Shown one piece after another: positions 37,004 to 50,200 of a stretch of 64,000 bases of DNA. The translations under genes and the position numbers were made by a program. Source of the DNA: Eledone cirrhosa (Eukaryota); contig OZ024747.1 in assembly GCA_964016885.1 (NCBI GenBank), positions 65,968,001-66,032,000 of the forward strand. Reading direction: 5' to 3'. The notes under the pieces were generated by a model. The model was not told the DNA's origin, did no database searches, and saw nothing but the letters and a program-made list of their open reading frames with translations. Every line of letters begins with the position of its first letter. Position 1 is the first letter of the stretch.

Positions 37004-40000
37004 CTATTGGGGTGATAACCCGTTTAGTTTTGGTTTAAATTTGTTAAGGAATAGATTTTCTTTGTTTATTCTTTGTTGCTGTGTGAACGAATCTGAGCAC
37101 TTGTAGAAGGGGAAGATTTTAAAGATGGGTAGTGTCATTCCTGCGCAGTTCGCAATATGGCTGCTCAAGGGGATTTTTCTTGTGCTAGCGTCCCGGATTT
37201 GTTGGCGGTGGATGGTCATTCTTTTGCGTAATGAGGTGCCCGTCTGTCCTATGTAGTTGTGTTTGCACCCACCGCAAGTTATTGCGTAAATCAAGTTCTC
37301 CGAGTTGCAGGTGAAATTGTTTTTTACTGTAAATGTTTGGCCATCTTTAAATGTAAATTTTTGTCCTTCAGTAAGGTAGAGGCACGTTCCACAGTTTGTT
37401 CTACCACATTTGGTAACTGTAGGGTTGAAGATTGGTTTGGGTATATTTGGTCCAGTGAGAATGCGTTTTAGTGATTTGGGTTGTCTTTTACATTTAAGGA
37501 TCTTGTGTGTTTCAAGAATAGACTTCATTTTTACATCTTTAAGTAGGATGGGGAGGTTTTTATGTAGGTGATCAAACATTTCGGTATTTCTGGGGTTGAA
37601 AGTGGATACATATGGCAGGGTGTTGAGTGTGGTTTTCTGTTTTGGATTGTTAAGTTGATGGGGATTTAGGTGTTTTGCCCTGTCTATTCCATTGTTGATT
37701 ATTTCAAGTGGAAAGGCTCTTAAGATAAGGGTGTCTTTTAGTTCCTTTAGTCTTTGCTCCCGTTTAGGTGGTTCTGATACTATGGTACATATACGTTTGG
37801 CCAAATTGTAAGGAATGTTAAGTTTTGTATGTTTTGGGTGACTTGATGTGAAAAAGAGGTATTGCTTGGAATCTGTGGGTTTATAGAATATATCTGTATC
37901 TAATTTCCCGTCTATTACAGAGATGAGAATATCCAAGAAGGCTAATTCCTTGGGATTGGATTCCATTGTGAATTGTATGTTATTATCTATGTTGTTTATC
38001 ATGTTTTTAAACATAGTAAGTGAGTTCATGTCTTCTTGCCATAGGATAAAGCAGTCGTCTAGATATCTTTTCCAATTGGCTTTGAGGTGTGTGTGGAAAG
38101 AGTCTCCAAATAAGAGAAGGGACTGACTGTATATTTGTTGTTCATGGAATCCCATGACTAGGTTGGCATATGTGGGTGCTACTTTCGTGCCCATTGCCGT
38201 ACCTGATACTTGTCTGTATGTTGAACCATTGAATGTGAAGTAGTTATTTTGTAGGATAAAGCGAAGTCCGTCAGTGATAAAATCTTTGTTGATGCGTGTC
38301 GGTATTTCTGATGGGTGTGTGTTAAGCCAGTATTGGACTGCTGTTATTCCATAGTTGTGGGGTATGTTTGTGTAGAGGTTTATTACGTCAAAGGAGACAA
38401 GAATTGTATTTGCACTTACTGTTTTAGGGAGGTGTTTCAGCATGTCAAGGTCATCTCGTATGTAGCTCTGTATATGTTGTAGAAAGGGTTTCAGTAGGAT
38501 GTCCAGAAAGTTGCTAAGTCTGTGGGTTTCACATGTAGGGCCTGCTATAATTGGCCTGAGTTTTAGGTCTTCTGGTGGTGTTAGTTCAATGTAATTGTTG
38601 GTTGAGGTGTCACATGCATCGTTTATGGGTTTACATTTGTGGAGTTTCGGTAAGCCGTAAAAAGAGCTTGTATTGCATTTGAAGTGGCTTATATAGTTAA
38701 ACTCTTTTGTGGTTAAGTTGTTGCGGTATTTATTCAGTAAGGTCAAAAGGTTCCCCATTGTTTTGGTGTGTTTGTAGTTTTCTGTTTTTTCATAGTATGT
38801 GTTGTTTTCTAAAATGTTAAGTGCGAGGGTCCTATAGTAGTCCGTATTCATAATGACAACAGTACTGCCTTTATCGGCTTCTTTGATAGTTATCTCAGGG
38901 TTGTTTCTAAGTGTGAATAATTCTTCCCATTCGTGTGTAGATAGGTTTGATTTCGTGTGTTTATTTGTAATTTTTTCATAGGGAAAGTTGGTGATGTGTT
39001 CACAGTACGTGTCCAGTGCTTTATTTCTTCCCTTTTGTGGGCAGAAATTGCTTTTATTTCTAACCAGTGATTCGTCTTCAGTGTTGGTGTCGTTGTGGAA
39101 GAATTCCGTTAGTCGCAGCTTTCGGCAGTATTCCATGATGTCATCCTTCATTTCGGGGAAGTTTGGTTTACGTGGTGTAGGTGTAAATTTCAGGCCCTTA
39201 CTTAAAATGTTGATTTGTGTGTTGGTTAGAGGTGTCTTTGAGAGGTTGATTATTTTTGGTTTCTCCTGAGGGGGGGGGGGGGGGGCATCGAGTATCCTGG
39301 TATTTCAGGCTTTTCCCTAAAAAAGGAATGTAGTTTTGTGTGTGATTATATTTTGTTGGTCTGTTGCGTGTGGGTCTGTAGCTTGTTGTTTCATGAGGAT
39401 GAGTGTGATGGTGGGGATGGTATGTGTTGTGGTTGTTGATGAGCAAGGGTTCTGTTGTTGGTTCATGTGGTCTGGGTGCGTTATTTCTGTGGTACAGAGT
39501 GTTGAGGTTGGGGGGGTTGTCTTTTGTTGGATTGAGGGTGATGTCTGGTGTGGTTGTGGGTAAGTTCTGTTGTGATTTCAAGTGGTCTGGGTGGATTTCT
39601 TCTGAGGAATGTGGTGTATGTGTTGTGAGTTGGATCTATGTTATTTCGTCGTTGGTTTATGTAGGGGGCATTTCTACTGAAACCTGTGTTGTGGTGGTTG
39701 GGTGTGTTTCTTTTGGTGTAGTTGGCCGTATTTGGTTTGTGTTGGTGGGGGATGTGCCTGTGGTTAGTGTGTGTTGGGTTTGGTGGTGTAAATGTGTCTG
39801 TTGTAGTTCTTGTTATGTTCAAATGCTTTATAAAGGGGTTACCTGTTTGGTGCGTCCTTTTAAAGTCTTCTTCATATTTGAGGAACCAGTTTTCGGATTT
39901 TTCCCACCGTTTAAGGGAAATAATTTCTGCATTCTCGCAGTCCTGTTTCCACGATTTGATTAAATTTTGTAGGGTTGTTCCCTCGGCCTTTTTAGTGCAT

Positions 40001-40523
40001 TCTTCCTCCATATTTTTATCAGTATCCTTATACTCTTGCTCGTTGGAGGTGGCCCTTAATTTTAGGAGTTCTATTTCCATGTTTATCCTGTTGAGTGACA
40101 TTTGTTCACGGAGTTTTCTTTCTGGTTCAGGTTCGTTTGTAATATGCTTTATTTGGAATTTACGTGGTAAAACTATCGGTGTTGAGTTAATCCATTTTTG
40201 GTAAATTCCAGCTTTGTTGAGGTTTTTTATCATATTCCAGAAAGTGAATTTTCTGGTTTTTAGATGTTTTTTCCAGAGGTGTCCCATTTGGTTTTTGATA
40301 TGGAGCAATGTCGTCTGTTCTGTGTTGGTATTCATAAGTTTTCGATGGAGTTGCATACGTTTTGAACGTTTAAATAAATTTGGTTGTCAGTCGGTGTGGT
40401 GGTTTGGGGTATATCCTGTTTTTTTGTCAGAATGGTGAGTTTTCCATTTATCTCTTTTAGGATTTTCAGGATTTCCTCATTTATATTGGAGTTTGAAGTT
40501 GTGTTGTCTTGTTCCAGTGCCAT
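37004..40523 (-). CDS. PLE polyprotein: N-terminal region, reverse transcriptase, GIY-YIG endonuclease (N-terminal part frameshifted; RT-EN open at 37004-39270)
   Basis: LSKGLKFTPTP, EADKG, FYGLPKLHK, FDVINLYTNI, GTAMG, RYLDD, CGRTNCGTC, LIY..YIGQT..R..H. Confidence 0.92.
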
Positions 40524-41077
40524 TTTCCGGATTTGTGTAGGTTAGTATATATGAAAAGTGTAATTTACTACACAAAACGAAGGTTATAGAGAAAATTGAG
40601 GTTGGTAATGACACATGGAATATATAAGAGACAGAATACTTTTTTGTGAAAAAACATATAATTTTATAAGGTAAGGAAATAATAAAGGGTATAAAAAATG
40701 ACCGGTTTCGATGGGTCTGCAAAAGCCATCTTTTCAAATGTTGATTAATATTAAGAAAAATTAGTAATAAGAAGAGTTAAAATTTGAGATTTGAAAATTC
40801 AAGTATAGAAATCATTGTGGGATTTCATAGTAGTTTTCATCTTGGTAGCAACTCGTTGACTGCTTCTGGTAGTGAATGAGAAGTTATTTGGGTGTGGGTT
40901 ATTTTATAAAGGTCAAATTTAGCAATGGCCAGATGGCCAGCTGCTGGTCAGTGAGGGGGTGGAAGCAATATACATACATATATCTTCCTGTGCTCGGTAG
41001 GAGAGGGGAGATTGATAGAAAGGGATTTAGTGCACTTACACCTATATATACACACATACCTTCATCCACACATACAT

Positions 41078-41151
<74 letters not shown>

Positions 41152-41219
41152 TCACACATACATACAAACATACATACATATAAATACACACATACACACA
41201 CACATATATGCACATACAT

Positions 41220-41268
<49 letters not shown>

Positions 41269-41449
41269 TATATATATACATACACATACATCCAGATACA
41301 CACATACATACATACACACACACACATATATATATATATATATGTGTACATACATATATATACACACATATACATATACATATATATATACACACACACC
41401 CACACATACATACACACACACATATATATACATACACACATACACACAA

Positions 41450-41480
<31 letters not shown>

Positions 41481-43135
41481 CACACACACACATATATATA
41501 TATATATACACACACACACATATATATATATATACACATACGCATACATCCAGATACACACATACATACACACACACACACACACGCACACACAATACAT
41601 ACATCCACATGCACACACACACACACACATATACACATACATACACCCACACACAGAGAAATGGCCTCCAAATATATATACATACATATACATATATTGT
41701 TTCCATAATATAAGAAGTTAGGGCAGTGAAATTAAAATACAAGTCATTCTGATCACATTGAGTTCTTCATGTAGATTGGGCCCCGCCACCGACAGTGGTG
41801 AATTCTGTGTGCGCATATATATATAGATATATGTGTGTGCACGTGCAGGGTTTAACATGGATGTGTTGGTCACACAAAGGCATGGTCTGTCAACGAATAA
41901 ACCTGATTCTACAGAATTGGTCTCTGGTCTTTAATAGTAGTGATAATTATATACATGCACACATACAAACACATATATCTGTTACTCCGTGCGTATGTGT
42001 GTTTATATTTTATGACAATTCTATTGGGGTGATAACCCGTTTAGTTTTGGTTTAAATTTGTTAAGGAATAGATTTTCTTTGTTTATTCTTTGTTGCTGTG
42101 TGAACGAATCTGAGCACTTGTAGAAGGGGAAGATTTTAAAGTTGGGTAGTGTCATTCCTGCGCAGTTCGCAATATGGCTGCTCAAGGGGATTTTTCTTGT
42201 GCTAGCGTCCCGGATTTGTTGGCGGTGGATGGTCATTCTTTTGCGTAATGAGGTGCCCGTCTGTCCTATGTAGTTGTGTTTGCACCCACCGCAAGTTATT
42301 GCGTAAATCAAGTTCTCCGAGTTGCAGGTGAAATTGTTTTTTACTGTAAATGTTTGGCCATCTTTAAAAGTAAATTTTTTGTCCTTCAGTGAGGTAGAGG
42401 CACGTTCCACAGTTTGTTCTACCACATTTGGTAACTGTAGGGTTGAGGATTGGTTTGGGTATATTTGGTCCAGTGAGAATGCGTTTTAGTGATTTGGGTT
42501 GTCTTTTACTTTTAAGGATCTTGTGTGTTTCAAGAATAGACTTCATTTTTACATCTTTAAGTAGGATGGGGAGGTTTTTGTGTAGGTGATCAAACATTTC
42601 GGTATTTCTGGGGTTGAAAGTGGATACATATGGCAGGGTGTTGAGTGTGGTTTTCTGTTTTGGATTGTTAAGTTGATGGGGATTTAGGTGTTTTGCCCTG
42701 TCTATTCCATTGTTGATTATTTCAAGTGGAAAGGCTCTTAAGATAAGGGTGTCTTTTAGTTCCTTTAGTCTTTGCTCCCGTTTAGGTGGTTCTGATACTA
42801 TGGTACATATACGTTTGGCCAAATTGTAAGGAATGTTAAGTTTTGTATGTTTTGGGTGACTTGATGTGAAAAAGAGGTATTGCTTGGAATCTGTGGGTTT
42901 ATAGAATATATCTGTATCTAATTTCCCGTCTATTACAGAGATGAGAATATCCAAGAAGGCTAATTCCTTGGGATTGGATTCCATTGTGAATTGTATGTTA
43001 TTATCTATGTTGTTTATCATGTTTGAAAACTACTATGTTTGAAAACTACTATGAAATCCCACAATGATTTCTATACTTGAATTTTCAAATCTCAAATTTT
43101 AACTCTTCTTATTATTAATTTTTCTTAATATTAAT

Positions 43136-43185
43136 CAACATTTGAAAAGATGGCTTTTGCAGACCCATCGAAACCGGTCATTTTT
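43136..43185 (+). ncRNA. Minimal hammerhead, U3-A8 variant (TTGAAAA); matching minus-strand copies at about 35770-35818 and 40695-40742
   Basis: TTGAAAA(43142-43148)-GATGG cttttgcagac CCATC-GAAA-CCGG-TC; palindromic stem III; stem I weak. Confidence 0.7.
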
Positions 43186-43283
43186 TATACCCTTTATTAT
43201 TTCCTTACCTTATAAAATTATATGTTTTTTCACAAAAAAGTATTCTGTCTCTTATATATTTCATGTGCCATTACCAACCTCAA

Positions 43284-43410
<127 letters not shown>

Positions 43411-43459
43411 GCATTTTTATGTTTGATTGTTTTAAACATAATGGTACTTTATTATATGG

Positions 43460-43534
<75 letters not shown>

Positions 43535-43915
43535 ATTGCACTTTTTCTGCGCTTAATTTTCCCGGATAGGTACTTAACGAGTGCTTGGTGCATGCGAACA
43601 ATGGAGGCAGGCCCCACCCACGAAATGGGGCGGCCCGGCGGTTCACTCAACTCCCGAACCGTCTTTTGGGCCCACTCTGCATGCACAATTTAGCATCTCT
43701 TTGAATGAACACATCCATATGGAGTCTTTCCCACTTATATACTACGGAACAGTACATAACATCGTATACAATGTAAAATGCACGCGTAATTAAATACACT
43801 CTGCGTAATTAAATACACATTTATATGAACGAACACATGCATGGGGACTTCACCATGTATCTACTACGAAACAATACATAACATCTTACACATTGTGAAA
43901 CGTACGCCTAGGTAA

Positions 43916-44365
43916 TCTAATCTAATCTGGTCGAGTTTACACTCGCAAATAAGAAGAACCAGTGCCGCTCCTAGGAGCATTGGATTTGGTGTACTTCATA
44001 TTTGTTTCGGTTGCTGAACACAATCAGGGGTCGCCTTTCGATTGTCAATTTGCATTGATCATCTGCAAAGCCGCATTGTTCTCAGAACCACTACATCAGT
44101 TTTTCGATGTGTGCAGCTGGAACTACTTCCACCCATTGATTTGGCAGGATTATTATTATTTTTTTAGATGGCCGTTGACTCTTATGAGTTCTTCCACCAT
44201 TTGTCAGGTTTTGTTTTTTGTCCTGCAGGGTGTCCAAAATCCCTCCTCACCAAGTAAACTTGGTGGGGTTGCCGGTTTAGTCGCAGATGACCCGACCATG
44301 CGACAGGTTGTATTGGGTCACATGCTACCAGTAGCACTCAAGAGTGACCTGACATGTGTCAGGTC
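43916..44365 (-). mobile_element. Short non-autonomous retroposon, probably RTE-derived
   Basis: 12-bp TSD ACGCCTAGGTAA at 43904-43915 and 44366-44377; (ATTAG)n tail; 5' hairpin TGACCTGACA/TGTCAGGTCA. Confidence 0.75.
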
Positions 44366-44589
44366 ACGCCTAGGTAAACAAACACTTATGTAATATATCC
44401 TAATTGTTCATACATCCTTGCCTTTGGAATATAACTTTCAGTGGTCCACTATCTCATCTCTGCAGACAATATATTAACCATTCTCCTATTCTATTTGAAT
44501 AATCTTAACTTTCACTACTCTTGTCGCATCCCCAATTGGTCCATCTATATATTATATTCTGTTAAAATGGTGTAGATATACAATAAAAC

Positions 44590-44819
44590 AGGAGAAAAAA
44601 TAATAGTACTACTAATGATGTTGCAGATGTGCAACGAAAGAACGTTGATGGACTATATATATATATATATATTTATATCTGTATTTTTAACCGTTTGTCA
44701 ATCAATGATAAACGTTGATTGCCAAATAAATTAACTATGGAGATATAAAAGATACAGAAGCGAAAACCAACCAAACAGTGTGTTCTGTTTCTGGCAATAT
44801 TATTACACACAATATGACC

Positions 44820-44823
<4 letters not shown>
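44590..44823 (+). mobile_element. Solo pLTR related to the 20-24 kb PLE
   Basis: Shares GATGTTGCAGATGTGCAACGAAAG, TATAAAAG, GAAGCGAAAACCAACCAAACAGTG and AATATGACCCTC. Confidence 0.75.
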
Positions 44824-44884
<61 letters not shown>

Positions 44885-44885
44885 C

Positions 44886-44972
<87 letters not shown>

Positions 44973-44976
<4 letters not shown>

Positions 44977-45480
44977 AAAAAGTATGACCCCGACGGCAGA
45001 GCTCAAGCCGTATCGACGGATATTTCTGGACTAAATTAGAATTTTTAGCCTGGTGAATAAATAGCCGAACTTTTCAAGGGGGTACTTCCTTATATGGGAA
45101 GATTGTAGTTGTCAAGAGGATTGGTTAAAATTTGTTGTAAACACAAATAAGTCTATCATGGCATTTGGTGGGGGGTAGGGGTGGCTGAACTTGCCTGTAG
45201 AACAATAGGGGAGTGAGTGGAGCGGACAAGCGTTGAAAGCGATATGTATACAGCAGATTCTAAGGATAGTGTATGAAGTGGAGGAGGGAGGTTATAGAAT
45301 AGGTAAATCGAATGAGAGTAGGAGACAATAAAATATAATAGAGATAAATAAAAAAAAAATATAAAATTAGATAGTGTGAAATGAATGAAAAAAAATCACA
45401 ATCTTACAATTACAGGTTAATAAGTTGAGAATAGAAAAAACTTGTAGAAATTGAGTAGTACCAGAACTGATACAGAATTA
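44973..45480 (-). mobile_element. PLE 3' UTR/pLTR of the 9.3-kb family with U3-A8 hammerhead (44987-45083; GAAA mutated to GATA)
   Basis: Reverse complement aligns by eye to about 8990-9329. Confidence 0.7.
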
Positions 45481-45540
45481 AAGGGATTTAACACGTCTGT
45501 TATAAAGGGGTTTAACACGTCTGCTATAAAGGGGTTTAAC

Positions 45541-47230
45541 ACGTATTGGCTCTCGAGCCGTTACTGCACAAACTGGGGGCGATGAGGGGCGTCCCACGCA
45601 AACTAGGATGCGGGAAATCCGAGTCGGCTTGCGCCGACGACGTGACCGTGGTGGTGTCGAGCACCAGACACGTCCAGATGCTCGGCATCGCTCTCAAGAA
45701 ATACGAAGCAGTGACAGGAGCAAAGATAAACCATGAAAAATCGGTGGGCTTGCAGCTCGGAACCTGGAGCGGAAAGTACATGCCGTCCAACAGATGAAGA
45801 AAAACTGGAACGAGGTGACGAGCAAGGTAGCCTCCCTCACCCAGAAATGGGCCGAGAGGAAGCTGTCCCTGAAAGGCCGGGCGGAAGTGGGGAATGCGTA
45901 CATCGCATCCGTCATCTGCTACCGCCTCACCGTCGTGCCTTGCTCCGGCCCAACTCTCACCAAAATGGAGCGCCTCCTCTTCCGCTTTTTGTGGAAGGGA
46001 TGCGCTCCCATGGTCAGACGATCCATATGCTGTCAACACCCGTTGCGTGGAGGACTGGACATGCCATGGCTGATGATGCGCAAACATGCGCTCAGGCTGC
46101 GACATCTCTGGTGCTTCCTTGACGGTGAACAGGTGTGGTCGCCGTTCGCCAGGCACGTTTTCACACAGCTCGTCTCCTTGACGGAGCTGCAGTCCTGGGT
46201 CAGAAAAAGACCAAAGGATAGCGCTTGGAAAGTGGAATGTCTCCAGGCGTTCACTGCCCTCTGCCATCTGGGCACCAGTATCGGTGGAACATCCACCTCG
46301 GCGTTCTATAGAGGACTAGTGGAGGGGAAGAGCGACAACGTTCTCGGAGAGAACCTGGGCGTCGAAGAAGATCAGCTGTTTGCTCTCTTCCGGAAAACTT
46401 TCAGCTCAGGGCCTATGGATAACTTCCAAAAATCCCTGGCCTGGCAGAGCTACCGCGGAGCGCTGCCGGTTCGAGATAAGCTCTACAGGTACGGAAGTGC
46501 CGTCAGCCGAGCCTGTCCGAGATACGCGCAGAGCGACGAAACCGTCGTGCACGTACTCGTTCAGTGCCCGAGCATTTCTGACTTGTGGAGCTATGTCGAA
46601 CAGTTGCTGTCGCGTGTGGGACTGATCCGGTTATCGACTGAGTCCATTGTGCAGATGGTCTCGCTGTCTTCCTTCGAGGAGGAAGGGCAGGCGGTTTTCA
46701 TCTGCCTGGTGGCCATGGCAAGAGAGATTGTGTGGTGGAAAAGGTTAAAAGGGTTAAAGACAGACATTTTCCTCTTCGGCGAATCCCTAATTAACTTTTT
46801 CAAGTTTCACTTGAAGAGGAAAATCAGGGTGGAGAGGCAAGTGCTGCCTTCTAGCAACTTTGTTGAAAGGTAGGTGAATGTAGCGAGAATGGTCCGAATG
46901 AACGGGACCGCTCTGAATATACGTCTGTAGTTTGGGAAATGGAAAAATTGAGAGAGGGCGCTTGCCCTGGTGGTCAGGGTGGTCGTGGTCTTTTGTGTGG
47001 TTTTCGCCACGAGTAACCCTCGGTTTCCCCCCTATTAGGGAATTTTTCATTGTTTCAATTTTCATTTTTATTGTTTATATATATATATGTTTCTATGTCC
47101 TTTTTTTATTTTCTTATATAAATAATAAAAATATGTACACGCACAAAACCCACGTCGTACCGTCCTGTACCGTCCTGTGCCGTCTGTAATATTTTTCTTG
47201 ATGTCAGCCCTTGTGGCCAATAAAGAAATC
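45541..47230 (+). mobile_element. 5'-truncated, degenerate Tx1 element ending in (ATT)n
   Basis: Colinear with 55438-57156, with an internal deletion near 45793, YADD changed to CADD and a premature stop at 46873. Confidence 0.92.
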
Positions 47231-47256
47231 ATTATTATTATTATTGTTATTGTTAT

Positions 47257-50200
47257 TCCTTGAATCTCAGTCATTGATGTTGGTTAACTGGAAAGTCCGT
47301 TGGATTGAATATCAAGCCACTACCTGCAGCCTCAGATATTCAGGACGTATCGGAGGGTTCTTGCTGTTCCAAGCAAGCATGCCTTTTGAAGCGTTCCAAA
47401 AAGCGTGAAGGGGCCGATTTTCTTTAACCATCCCTGGAAACCTTTGGAGATAGTCCCCAGTGCGCCTATGGCAATCGGGATCACTTTGACTTCATGGCAG
47501 TTCCAAATCCTTTTCACCTCCCACTTTAGGTCCTGGTATCGGTTAATTTTCTCCCTCTCCTTCTCTTGCACTCTCGTGTCGAACGGGCAGGCCGCATCCA
47601 CAATCAGGCACGATCTTTTTTCTTTGTCCACAACCACCAGGTCAGGTCTATTGTGTTCCAGTTTTTTGTCCGTCTGTATCCTAAAATCCCACAGCACCTT
47701 CACCTGACTGTTCTCCATCACCGCCTCTGGCCTATGCTCATACCATTTCTCAGAATGTGGTAGATTGTTTACTTTGCACAGGTGCCAGTGGATCACCCTG
47801 CCCATCACATCGTGTCTCCAGCCCTTATAGTGGGTCTGGGCTAGGTGTTTACACTCGGACACAATGTGGGCCACAGTCTCCTCTCTCTCTCCACAGATCC
47901 TGCACAGTGGGCTAGCCTCCTCCTTGTAGATATGGTGCTTCAACCACTTCGTTTTGAGGGCCTGCTCCTGCGCAGCCATTAGCATTCCTTCTGTAGCCTT
48001 TTTGAGGTCTCCTCTTCTCAACCAGTTCCATGTCTGTGGATCTCTAAATTCAGTTTTCTCAAAGAAGGTACTATGAAGGTATTTTCCCTTAAGGCTGCTC
48101 TTCCTCCTTGATGTTATTTCCTCCTTGGATATCCCCTGGCCTACTGTCCCCTCCTTCAGTACAGCTCTGAGCATTGGCTCCTTACTATAGGTCACGTATT
48201 TGTATAGGTTGTTTTTCTCCATCTGAACACAGTCCTCTATGCTGATAAGACCTCTTCCACCCTCAGATCTCCTTAAGTAGAGTCTATCGACATCACTCCT
48301 CTTGTGGAACATGTTGTAGATAGTCAATAGCTTCCTAGTCTTCCTATCCATTTCTTTTTGTTCAGCAACATTCCATCTCAGAATTCCCGCACTGTACCTA
48401 ATAATAGACACAGCTCGGGAATTTACTGCGCTTATGGCATTTCTGCTGTTCAGATGTGACTTCAATACGCTCCTTACTCTCCGAATGTATTCAGTTCTTA
48501 ACAATTCCTTCATTTTTTTGTTCTTTATGCCATCAGCCTCCAGAACGCCCAAATACTTGTATCCTTCCTCAGAGTCAATTTCCTTTATCATCTCACCTGT
48601 TGGTATCTGGATCCCGTTACTTCTGCTCAACCTACCCCTCCTCATCACAATGACTCCACATTTACCAATACCAAACTGCATACATATATCACTGCTGAAA
48701 ATACGGACAGTGTCAACAAGCACATCCAACTCCTTCTCACTTTTCCCGAAGAGCTTAAGATCGTCCATGAAGAGGAGGTGATTGATGGTAAGCTCTCCCC
48801 TTCCCAACTTGTATCCTGCTCTCACTTTTCGCAGCATAATGGTCAAGGGCATCAGGGCAAGGACAAACAACAGAGGGGACAGGCTATCTCCCTGGAAGAT
48901 ACCTCTCTTGATCTTCACGCTTCCCAAGGATACTCCAGTTGATGTCAACTCTGTCTCCCAGGACCCCATACTCCTGCCCAGCAACTGTCTGATGTTATCT
49001 GCCACCCTGAAGATCTCCAGGCTTTTGGTGATCCAGGAATGAGGCACCATGTCAAATGCCTTTCTGTAGTCTATCCATCCCATGGCAAGATCAGTGTGTC
49101 TCCTCCTGCAATTCCCCATTACCATCTTATCAATAAGCAACTGGTCTTTTGTACCACGTGACTTCTTTCGGCATCCTTTCTGTTCGTCCGGTAACAAGTT
49201 GTTTGTGTGGAGGTGATGGTAGATTTCCTCAGACACAATGCTCGTCAACAGTTTCCACATTACGGGCAGACATGTGATAGGTCTATAGTTGGTAACATCA
49301 TTACCCTTGATTCGGTCTTTCATTATCAGAACTGTGGTACCTTTTGTCAACCACTCTGGCACCTCACCCGACACCAAGCAGTCATTGAACATGGCCGTCA
49401 GCTTCGGGTGGAGGGATGTTAAATGTTTAATCCAATACCCCTGCACACCATCTGGGCCTGGTGATTTCCAGTTGGTTAGTTTTTTGGCTTGCCCCTTAAG
49501 AGTTTCAACTGTGATACTCAAATCAGTCTGTTGTTGTGCCTGCTCACCGATCTCCCTCTGTACTGTCTCAATCCACCCTGCCTGGGCATTGTGTCTAACA
49601 TCCTGCTCCCATATTCCTCTCCAGAATGTTTTAGCTTGTTCCGCCCCAGGGATCAAGTCGTTGCCTCTTTCTTTCCCCTCAAGCTGTCCAAACAGCATCT
49701 TCTGGTTGTTGTCGAACATGCGGTTCTGTTTATACTGACTGACTCTGTTCTCGTATCGCCTGATTTTGGCACCCTTTGCTACAATGCGTTGCTTCAATTC
49801 CTCTATGATAATATTTAGCTTTTTACTCCTAGTTTTGTATTTTATTTCCAGTCTATTTTTAGTGCCTATGTTTTTTAGTGTCCCATTCAGTAGTGACTCA
49901 AGCTTTCCTATGTCATTTCTCATTTCCCCGATTTGCCCACTCAGTCGCTTCTTCCACCACGGCTCTGCTCTTTCTTGTCTGTTGTTTCCTCTCGCTTTTA
50001 TACCAAGTAGTTTCCTCACCGTATTTGCTGTTGCTTTGAGGATATTGTTGCACTGGTGAAGACTCCTCGCCTCAAGGTATGGGATGACTTTGTTTACCTT
50101 AGCTGTTGTTTCTTTTAACTTTTTCCTGTCTACAAATCTTAGGTTCATAGGTCTCCCACTATCATTGTTCAACTCATCTACCACTAAATTTAGGATGTCA

